A stretch of DNA of 47,723 nt. Origin: Fusobacterium sp. (lineage in GTDB: Bacteria > Fusobacteriota > Fusobacteriia > Fusobacteriales > Fusobacteriaceae). Location of the stretch: assembly GCA_041668805.1 (NCBI GenBank), contig JBAYCK010000001.1, forward strand, positions 1 through 47,723. The letters run 5' to 3'. The first letter of the stretch is position 1. Every line of letters begins with the position of its first letter. Made by a program: the position numbers and the translations under genes. Positions 40,776-47,723 of this stretch are shown piece by piece. The notes under the pieces were generated by a model that searched no databases, was not told the DNA's origin, and saw only the letters and a list, made by a program, of their open reading frames with translations.

Positions 40776-41834
40776 TTAAAATTTATATTCAAATAATTTT
40801 AAAAAATCATCGAATAAGTAATTATTATCTTCTGGTCCAGGACAACCTTCAGGATGATATTGAACACTCATAATATGAAATTCATCACTTTTTAATCCTT
40901 CTATAGAGTTGTCATTTAGATTTATATGAGTAACTTCCATAGAATCAGGAACCTTATCAACAACATATCCATGATTTTGTGAAGTTATATGAATTTTATT
41001 TCTCTCTAAATCTTTTACAGGATGATTACATCCTCTGTGTCCATATTTTAATTTTGTTGTTGAACCTCCTAAAGCTAAAGCAATTAGTTGTTGTCCTAAG
41101 CAAATTCCAGCTATAGGTAATTTTCCAATTATTTTTTTTATTTCAAGGATAGAATTTTCTAAGTCAGTTGGGTCCCCAGGTCCATTTGATAAGAACAAAC
41201 CATCTAAATTATATTTTAAAATTTCATCAGCTGTTGTATCCCAAGGAAAAACAGTTAAATTACAGTTTCTATTTTGGAAATTTCTAAGAATATTTCTTTT
41301 TATACCAAAATCCATAACTCCAATTTTTTTACCATATCCTTTAATTTCATAAATTTCTTTAGTACTAACTTTTGCAACTGCTGTAGAATTATTAAAATTA
41401 CTAAATCTTTCATATAATTCTTTTTCAGTTAAATCCTCAGCAGTTATAATTGCTTTCATAGCACCTTCTTCTCTAATGATTTTAACTAGTTGTCTAGTGT
41501 CGACTCCTTTAAAAGCTACAATATTATTTTGTCTTAAAAATCCGTCTAAAGTCATTTCACATCTGAAATTATTGGGAAGTTTAGCATCTTCTTTTATAAT
41601 GAATCCCTTTAGATAAGAACGGTCAGATTCCATATCTTCTAAGTTAATACCATAGTTTCCTATCATTGGATATGTCATTACAACAATTTGACCGCAATAA
41701 GACGGATCAGTTAAAAGTTCTTGATAACCTGTCATTCCAGTATTAAAAACTATTTCACCAACTGTTTCACCAAGTTCTCCAAATATTTTTCCTTCAAAAA
41801 TATTTCCATTTTCAAGAATTAATTTTCCTTTCAT
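40776..41834 (-). CDS. carA: Carbamoyl-phosphate synthase small subunit
   Basis: GEIVFNTGMTGYQE, LSNGPGDP, GICLG, SQNHG, QYHPE; ATG at 41834 after GGGAGG. Confidence 0.97.
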   Translation of the reverse strand: MKGKLILENGNIFEGKIFGELGETVGEIVFNTGMTGYQELLTDPSYCGQIVVMTYPMIGNYGINLEDMESDRSYLKGFIIKEDAKLPNNFRCEMTLDGFLRQNNIVAFKGVDTRQLVKIIREEGAMKAIITAEDLTEKELYERFSNFNNSTAVAKVSTKEIYEIKGYGKKIGVMDFGIKRNILRNFQNRNCNLTVFPWDTTADEILKYNLDGLFLSNGPGDPTDLENSILEIKKIIGKLPIAGICLGQQLIALALGGSTTKLKYGHRGCNHPVKDLERNKIHITSQNHGYVVDKVPDSMEVTHINLNDNSIEGLKSDEFHIMSVQYHPEGCPGPEDNNYLFDDFLKLFEYKF

Positions 41835-41857
41835 GTAACCTCCCAATATAATTATAT

Positions 41858-41888
41858 AAAAAAAAAGATATAACATTAAGTTATATCT
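41858..41888 (-). terminator. Attenuator terminator of the carAB leader
   Basis: agatataac-ttaat-gttatatct followed by 8 T. Confidence 0.75.
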
Positions 41889-41997
41889 GAAATTCAAAAT
41901 AAATATTAAAAAAATAAGAAAAAAATGAAAAAATAAATAAAATGTAGGATTCTTTTAAATTGCTATAATATTTAAAAAAACATCTAAATTTATACAT
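41881..41997 (-). CDS. carAB leader peptide, 38 aa (MYKFRCFFKYYSNLKESYILFIFSFFSYFFNIYFEFQI)
   Basis: AAAGGGGG RBS + ATG; 65/117 nt are U; TAA inside the terminator 5' arm. Confidence 0.72.
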   Translation of the reverse strand: MYKFRCFFKYYSNLKESYILFIFSFFSYFFNIYFEFQI

Positions 41998-42026
41998 TAT
42001 TTCCCCCTTTCAATTTCTTAAAGAGA

Positions 42027-42055
42027 AGTATACTATAAAAAAAAAATAATGTCAA
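42027..42055 (-). promoter_or_regulatory. carAB promoter TTGACA-N17-TATACT
   Basis: Near-consensus sigma70 promoter 30 nt upstream of the leader ATG. Confidence 0.75.
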
Positions 42056-42116
42056 ATAAAATAAAAAATATGGTATACTAAATAGAGTACTCAAATTCAG
42101 AATAGGAGGGCTTCTA

Positions 42117-42506
42117 ATGAAATTTAAAATAATAACAAATAACAAAAAAGTTTTTCATTTTTATAAAGAAACTGATGATGTTATTTATTTAAAAGAGGCT
42201 AATTTAACAAAAGTTTTAGCAGAAGTTTATAAATATGTCTTAAAGGGGCATAAATTATTAAGTGATCCTATAATATATAATATAGCGAATATAGAAAATC
42301 CATTTAAGTCAATATTAATTTCAAAAGATCTAGATATAAGTGGTATAAATTCTTTAAATATGATAAAAGGAGCTTTAAAAATATCGGAAAAATTACCTCA
42401 GCCAGATTTAAAAAAACATTCAAAGGATAGATTAGAAGAATACAGATATGTTGATCTTAATTTGTTAATAAATAGTATAAAAGAAGTAAAGATAAAATGC
42501 AATTAG
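42117..42506 (+). CDS. GrdX-like protein
   Basis: IITNN..V, GHKLLS.P, NPFKSILI and Y..VD..L pattern recalled for the GrdX family. Confidence 0.65.
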   Translation: MKFKIITNNKKVFHFYKETDDVIYLKEANLTKVLAEVYKYVLKGHKLLSDPIIYNIANIENPFKSILISKDLDISGINSLNMIKGALKISEKLPQPDLKKHSKDRLEEYRYVDLNLLINSIKEVKIKCN

Positions 42507-42516
42507 GTGGTGTACT

Positions 42517-43158
42517 TTGGAGAAAGATATTGATTTTAAAAATGTAGTGGAGAAAACAACTTTTAAATTTATTCCAGTAATAAATTTAAAGAATAATTTA
42601 ATATATGGTTATAAAATTATAAAGGATTTTAGTGACGCTGGTTTTAAAGATAATGATTATATTTATAATTGTGCCTTTAAAGAGGGATTGTTTGAGTTTT
42701 TTATTTTAAAACTACAGGAAAAATCTTATAAAATAGCCAAAGAAAAGAAATTATTAAAAAACAAATTATTTTATACTTTAAGAGTAAGTCATATAACAGA
42801 TCCCAATTTCTTTTTTTCTAGTGTAAACAATTTAACTAGCAATTTTGGAATATTACCTGAAAATCTTGTATATGAAATAAAAGAAGCTAAAGACTGGGGT
42901 AAAATTGATAATTTTTTAAATTATTTAAATGATGATACAATATTTTTATTTAAAGAAACAGAGGAAAACCCTTTGAATTTAAAAGTTATAGAGTATTTAT
43001 CTCCAAATTTTTTAGAAGTATCTTCTTTAAAAAGTTTAAATAGAATAAAAGCAAATAAAAATATAGATAGTAAAATTATTTTCAAGGTGAATAATAAAAA
43101 AACAATTATAAATGAAGAATTGCTAAGTAAAAAAATAGATTTAGCTTACAGATATTAA
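42517..43158 (+). CDS. Degenerate EAL-like protein
   Basis: FIPVINLKNNLIYGYKI matches the EAL N-terminus (FQPI...GYEAL) and PENLVYEI matches a later motif; EAL and DDFG are lost. Confidence 0.55.
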   Translation: MEKDIDFKNVVEKTTFKFIPVINLKNNLIYGYKIIKDFSDAGFKDNDYIYNCAFKEGLFEFFILKLQEKSYKIAKEKKLLKNKLFYTLRVSHITDPNFFFSSVNNLTSNFGILPENLVYEIKEAKDWGKIDNFLNYLNDDTIFLFKETEENPLNLKVIEYLSPNFLEVSSLKSLNRIKANKNIDSKIIFKVNNKKTIINEELLSKKIDLAYRY

Positions 43159-43165
43159 AAAACAT

Positions 43166-43194
43166 TTGACAATCAGGTTGATAAGCATTATAAT
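43166..43194 (+). promoter_or_regulatory. Consensus sigma70 promoter TTGACA-N17-TATAAT
   Basis: TTGACA atcaggttgataagcat TATAAT. Confidence 0.85.
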
Positions 43195-43224
43195 ATCAGA
43201 AATTAAAAATAAGGAGTTAATCTC

Positions 43225-43311
43225 ATGTTAAAGAATATAAGGAGACAAAGGAATATTAAGTTGGATTTAAAATATTCATATAGTCTTTTTAGGTTGCTAT
43301 TTAATAGATAA
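43225..43311 (+). CDS. Putative leader peptide, 28 aa (MLKNIRRQRNIKLDLKYSYSLFRLLFNR)
   Basis: AAGGAG RBS; lies between the promoter and a leader terminator; 5 Arg codons, 3 of them AGG. Confidence 0.6.
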   Translation: MLKNIRRQRNIKLDLKYSYSLFRLLFNR

Positions 43312-43358
43312 AAGTGAGATTAATTTTAATAAATATTTTTTTAATATATATAAAAGTT

Positions 43359-43397
43359 AAAACCATTTTTAGATAAAATCTAAAAATGGTTTTTTTT
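43359..43397 (+). terminator. Leader (attenuator) terminator before the amidohydrolase
   Basis: aaaaccatttttagat-aaa-atctaaaaatggtttt plus T run. Confidence 0.8.
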
Positions 43398-43426
43398 GTT
43401 TGAAAAATAAAAAAAGGTAGGTAAGT

Positions 43427-44590
43427 ATGTTAGAAAATTTAGAAAAAGAATTTGAAAAAATATTTTCAGAATTAAAAGTTTTAAACGAATATCTATATAA
43501 GAATCCAGAAATTGGAAGAAAGGAATTTAAATCCTCAAAGGCACATATTGAATTTTTAGAAAAAAAAGGTTTTAAAGTAACAAAAGAATATGTGAATATA
43601 AAAACTGCTTACAGAGCTGAATACAACAGTGGTAAAGAAGGACCATGTATTTGTTTTATGGCTGAATATGATGCCTTACCTGAAATAGGACATGGTTGTG
43701 GGCATAATATTTTAGGAATAACAAGTATAGGAGCTGGTATAATGTTAAAAGAGTTTATAAATAATTATGGAGGAAAAATTGTTGTTTTAGGAACTCCAGC
43801 AGAGGAAAATTTTGGAGCAAAAGTGGATATGGCAAAGGCTAATGTTTTTGATGATATTGATGTGGCAATAATATCTCATCCAACAGGAAGATGTCATAAA
43901 AAAAGTTCATCTAGTCAAGCTATTGAAGCTTTGGAATTTAAATTCATAGGGAAAACAGCCCATGCAGCAGGGGATCCATATAATGGGATTAATGCACTAG
44001 ATGCAGTTATTCAATTGTTTAATAGTGTAAATGCTTTAAGACAACAAACAAAAGCAACATCAAAAATACATGGAATAATTTCAAATGGAGGAGAAGCTGC
44101 AAATATTATTCCAGATTTAGGAGTAGCTAATTTTTATGTTAGAGATAAAACAACAAAGGAAATGTATAATTTAAGTGAAAAAGTTAAAAATTGTGCTAAA
44201 GGAGCAGCAATGGCAACAGGATGTTCTTTAGAAATAAATAATTATGAATATACTTTTAAACATTTAATAACAAATGAAGTATTATCAGAAGCTTACACTA
44301 AAAATCTTGAGAAAATAGGAGTAAAGGAAATAGAAATGTCTAATTCAGATGGATCTACAGATGCAGGAGATGTTAGTCATATCTGTCCTACAATCCATTC
44401 TTACTTTCCAATATCTTCAAAGGATTTAATTGGGCATAGCGTAGAATTTGCTAGGGCAAGTGTAACAAAAGAAGCTTATAAAGGAATGAAGGAAGCTATA
44501 TTTGCAATGGTATTAACAGGAATAGAGTTAATACAGGATAAAAAATTATTAAATGCAGTGGAAAATGAATTTAACCAAATAAATAACTAA
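43427..44590 (+). CDS. M20 family amidohydrolase (ACY1L2/AbgB-like)
   Basis: NPE.G..E, AEYDALP.IGHGCGHN, GTPAEE, AHAA..P..G.NALDA, GSTD.GDVS. Confidence 0.9.
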   Translation: MLENLEKEFEKIFSELKVLNEYLYKNPEIGRKEFKSSKAHIEFLEKKGFKVTKEYVNIKTAYRAEYNSGKEGPCICFMAEYDALPEIGHGCGHNILGITSIGAGIMLKEFINNYGGKIVVLGTPAEENFGAKVDMAKANVFDDIDVAIISHPTGRCHKKSSSSQAIEALEFKFIGKTAHAAGDPYNGINALDAVIQLFNSVNALRQQTKATSKIHGIISNGGEAANIIPDLGVANFYVRDKTTKEMYNLSEKVKNCAKGAAMATGCSLEINNYEYTFKHLITNEVLSEAYTKNLEKIGVKEIEMSNSDGSTDAGDVSHICPTIHSYFPISSKDLIGHSVEFARASVTKEAYKGMKEAIFAMVLTGIELIQDKKLLNAVENEFNQINN

Positions 44591-44613
44591 TAAAATATAA
44601 AGGGAGATAGAAT

Positions 44614-45357
44614 ATGAAAAAAATAATGATTTTAATATTAACAATTTTAACGTTTAGTTTTAGTTTTGGAATGAAAAAAGTATATGTTGGGACAAATGCA
44701 GAATTTAAACCCTATGAATATTTAGAAGGGGATAAAATAGTAGGCTTTGATATTGAATTAATGGAAGCTATGGCAAAAGAATTAAATTATAAAGTGAAAT
44801 GGATAAATATGAGTTTTTCAGGATTATTGCCAGCTTTGCAAAGTAATAAAATAGACGTTGTTATTGCAGGAATGTCAGCAACTCCAGAAAGATCAAAAGC
44901 AGTTGATTTTTCAAAACCTTACTTGGCCTTTGGAACAGGGCATGCAATTATTGTTAATGAAGGAAGTAATATATTAAAAAAGGAAGATTTAAAGGATAAA
45001 AGAGTAGGGGTTCAATTGGGATCTAAGCAAGAAAAGTTAGCTGAAGAAAAAGGTGGAAAAATTGTCTTATTTGATTCCTTTGCAGGGGCAATATTAGCAT
45101 TAACTCAAAATAAGATAGACTCAGTAGTTATAGATGAAAATAGTGGTGAAGAATACATAAAAAATACAAAGGGATTAAAAATAGCAGATATAATTATGGA
45201 TAATTCTCCAGGAGAGGCTATGGCATTTAAGAAGGGAAATAAAAAACTGGAAGAAGATTTTGAATTAGCTTTTAATAAAGTGTTAGAAAGTGGAGAATAT
45301 TTACAATTAGTAAAAAAATATTTTCCAGATAAGGTAAGTAATAATATAATAAAATAA
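44614..45357 (+). CDS. Polar/basic amino acid ABC transporter substrate-binding protein
   Basis: Signal peptide, GTNAEF.PYEY, GFDIEL, F.GL.PALQ..KID, GMS.TPER. Confidence 0.9.
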   Translation: MKKIMILILTILTFSFSFGMKKVYVGTNAEFKPYEYLEGDKIVGFDIELMEAMAKELNYKVKWINMSFSGLLPALQSNKIDVVIAGMSATPERSKAVDFSKPYLAFGTGHAIIVNEGSNILKKEDLKDKRVGVQLGSKQEKLAEEKGGKIVLFDSFAGAILALTQNKIDSVVIDENSGEEYIKNTKGLKIADIIMDNSPGEAMAFKKGNKKLEEDFELAFNKVLESGEYLQLVKKYFPDKVSNNIIK

Positions 45358-45423
45358 TTATTTAAAAAATAATTAAAATATAGTATACTAATATCTGAGG
45401 TTGCTTTTTATGGAGGGGAGTTT

Positions 45424-47538
45424 ATGGTTAGAAAAAAACATACGATATTAGTAGTTGATGATAATGAAATAAACATAAAAATATTAGAAAAAATATTAGA
45501 AAAAGATTATAATGTTTTGTCTGCAAATAATGGGAGAGAGGCCCTAAATATTATTCGTTCTGAAAATAATAAAATAGCTACTATTTTATTAGATTTAGTT
45601 ATGCCTATTATGGATGGATTTGAGTTTTTAAAAATTCATCAAAAGGATAGGATTTTTTCAAGTCTCCCAGTAATTGTTATGACACAACAAAATGATGTGG
45701 AAACAGAAATAAAAGCTCTCTCATTAGGTGCGTCGGATTTTTTACCTAAACCATATAATCCAATAATAATAAAACATAGAATTAAAAATATTATTGAATT
45801 GATCCAAAATTCCTTATTAGTTAATACTTTAGAAAAGGATAGTTTAACGGATTTATATACAAAGGAAGCTTTCTTTGGATATGTTGAAAAATATTTAAAA
45901 AATTCAAAAACTGAGTTTGATTTGGTGGGTTTAAATATAGAAAGGTTCAAACTAGTTAATGATATTTTTGGAATGAAAGAAGGGGATAGGTTATTAGAAT
46001 TTATAGCTAAATTAATTGAAAAAAAATTCAGAGATTATAAGGTTATATGTTCTAGAGCTGTAGCAGATCAATTTTATATATTTATAAATAGAAATACAAA
46101 TTATATAAATATTCTGTATGAAATTGAAAAAGAAATAAAAGCATACAATTTAAATATAGAGATTCCAATACATTTTGGAGTATATGAAATAAATAATAAG
46201 AAAGTTCCAATAAGTATCATGTGTGATAGGGTTAAACTAGCAATAGACTCAATAAAAGGAAAATATAATGTTCTTTATTCTCCCTATGATGAAAAGTTAA
46301 TAGAAAAAATCAAGGCAGAACAAGAGTTATTAAATTGTATGGAAGAATCTTTAAAAAATAAAGATTTTAAAGTATACTTGCAACCAAAATCAAATTTAAT
46401 AACAGGAGAAGTTATAGGAGCTGAAGCTTTAATCAGATGGATACATAAGGATCTTGGGTTCATAACTCCAAATAGATTTATACCATTATTTGAAAAAAAT
46501 GGATTTATAACTAATATAGATATGTTTGTACTAGAGGAAGTATGCTCTAAGTTAAAAGAATGGATAGATACAGGTATACAACCAATAAGGATTTCTATTA
46601 ACTTATCTAGAGTTGACATATATAATCCTAATCTAATAAATATGATGATGGTTATAATTGATAAGTATAAAGTTCCTATAGAATATATTAGTTTAGAAAT
46701 AACAGAGACATCTTATACAGAAAATTCTAAACAACTAATAGCAGTTGTAAAAAAATTGAAAGAAATAGGCTTTAATATAGAAATGGACGATTTTGGTAGT
46801 GGATATTCTTCATTAAATATGTTAGAGGAATTACCTATTGATATTTTAAAATTAGACATTAAATTTTTAGAAACATCTTCAAAAACAAAGAATAATATAG
46901 GGATATTAAATTTTGTTGTGGGGTTAGGAAGATGGCTAGATTTATCTTTAATAGTTGAAGGTGTCGAAACTATAGAGCAGGTTAACTATTTAAAAAGTAT
47001 AGGATATATTTATGGTCAAGGATACTATTTTGCTAAACCTATGCCAAAGGATGATTTTGATAACTATTTAATTAAAAATAGAAATAAAAAAGAAATTTTT
47101 GATGAAGATAATAATTTAAAAAATAAATTTATTCCTTTAATAGAACTAGAAGAGATATTAAATCCAAATTCTCAATTTAGCAAAATTTTTGAAAGTGAAA
47201 TATCAGTTCTTTCAGTTCAAGAATATTCCAATGGAAATTTATCCACAATAAGAGCAAATAAAAGATTTTTTAAAAAAATGAATATTAACAGTGAGATGAT
47301 ATACGATAAAAATTTAAATTTATTTCAACTTGTTCACAAGGATGATATTTTAAAAGCAAAAGAAAATATTAATGAAATAATTTCTACAAATAAAAGTCTT
47401 CTAACAGAATTGAGATTAAAAAAATCAAATAATTCAGAGGAGTATTTTAAAATTCAAGTGAGAGTGATTCCACTAGAAATAACACAGTTAAAATCAATTC
47501 TATTATTTTCATATGAAAATATAGAAAAAATAATCTAA
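45424..47538 (+). CDS. REC + degenerate GGDEF + EAL + PAS-like protein (probable c-di-GMP phosphodiesterase)
   Basis: VVDD/LLDLVMP.MDG receiver; DSLT...FK.VND.FG...GD with AVADQF in place of GGDEF; EALIRW, DDFGSGYSSL, EGVET. Confidence 0.9.
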   Translation: MVRKKHTILVVDDNEINIKILEKILEKDYNVLSANNGREALNIIRSENNKIATILLDLVMPIMDGFEFLKIHQKDRIFSSLPVIVMTQQNDVETEIKALSLGASDFLPKPYNPIIIKHRIKNIIELIQNSLLVNTLEKDSLTDLYTKEAFFGYVEKYLKNSKTEFDLVGLNIERFKLVNDIFGMKEGDRLLEFIAKLIEKKFRDYKVICSRAVADQFYIFINRNTNYINILYEIEKEIKAYNLNIEIPIHFGVYEINNKKVPISIMCDRVKLAIDSIKGKYNVLYSPYDEKLIEKIKAEQELLNCMEESLKNKDFKVYLQPKSNLITGEVIGAEALIRWIHKDLGFITPNRFIPLFEKNGFITNIDMFVLEEVCSKLKEWIDTGIQPIRISINLSRVDIYNPNLINMMMVIIDKYKVPIEYISLEITETSYTENSKQLIAVVKKLKEIGFNIEMDDFGSGYSSLNMLEELPIDILKLDIKFLETSSKTKNNIGILNFVVGLGRWLDLSLIVEGVETIEQVNYLKSIGYIYGQGYYFAKPMPKDDFDNYLIKNRNKKEIFDEDNNLKNKFIPLIELEEILNPNSQFSKIFESEISVLSVQEYSNGNLSTIRANKRFFKKMNINSEMIYDKNLNLFQLVHKDDILKAKENINEIISTNKSLLTELRLKKSNNSEEYFKIQVRVIPLEITQLKSILLFSYENIEKII

Positions 47539-47556
47539 TAAAAGATAGGTTTTATC

Positions 47557-47590
47557 AATCCTTCAGCTTAAATGCTGAAGGATTTTTTTT
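47557..47590 (+). terminator. Intrinsic terminator
   Basis: aatccttcagc-ttaaat-gctgaaggatt plus T run. Confidence 0.85.
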
Positions 47591-47723
47591 ATTTTAAATA
47601 GTTTTATATTAGTTGTTATTGTATTTTTTAAGACCAATAAAAATTAAAACAAATCAAAATAAATACTAAATAGAATGAATATGTCGATTTTTTTATAAAA
47701 AAATTATCCAAATAGAGACACAA

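Noticed and set aside
41835-41897. Extended N-termini in the ORF track (carA here; likewise hflX, tkt C-subunit, MarR, hpt, EamA, ftsX)
   Set aside because: Downstream starts have clear SD sequences and match family N-termini; the carA extension crosses the attenuator hairpin.
31535-41997. Reading the two leaders as pheL-like Phe-starvation attenuators
   Set aside because: Downstream genes are pyrimidine biosynthetic, I see no antiterminator, and stalling early on Phe codons would leave the terminator free to form; Phe-richness follows from U-richness. Not formally excluded.
1509-46619. Many short antisense or overlapping ORFs in the track (e.g. 1509-1784, 13359-13646, 29648-30097, 31134-31568, 33593-34099, 46284-46619)
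   Set aside because: Shadow ORFs opposite well-supported genes; no recognisable motifs.
47628-47723. Open minus-strand frame at the window end
   Set aside because: Only 31 codons are visible with no motif; cannot be supported as a gene end.

Overview
Very AT-rich (roughly 25% GC by eye) core chromosomal region, most likely from a Fusobacteriota bacterium (Fusobacterium/Cetobacterium-like). This assignment is inferred from the ftsX-envC-nadK-recN-xer-era block, PolC, the split transketolase and a GTCWAA-type sigmaE promoter. It carries housekeeping genes (nusB end, tkt, polC, trmD/rimM/khpA, rsmA, hpt, rsgA, rpe, rqcH, fabG-like SDR, hflX), a pyrB-K-D-F-C-E operon, carAB, transporters and c-di-GMP-related proteins. 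I saw no rRNA, tRNA, CRISPR, IS or prophage. The interesting material lies in intergenic gaps below the ORF-caller cutoff. (1) Two U-rich leader peptides, before the pyr operon and before carAB, have stop codons inside the 5' arm of an intrinsic terminator, suggesting a PyrR-independent, pyrL-style UTP-sensing attenuation regulon. (2) An Arg-rich leader peptide plus terminator precedes an M20 amidohydrolase and amino-acid-binding protein unit. (3) Two ORF-less promoter-to-terminator units of ~105-110 nt are candidate sRNAs; one is divergent from a LysR gene with a T-N11-A box at about -64, and both share an AUUUCCU-N13-AUAAAUAAAAAAGAAA motif. Protein-level oddities: PyrB fused only to a PyrI Zn domain, HflX with an intact JAMM motif, a catalytically degenerate Xer paralog, and a probable non-AUG start on rsgA. 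All calls were made by eye with no database searches.
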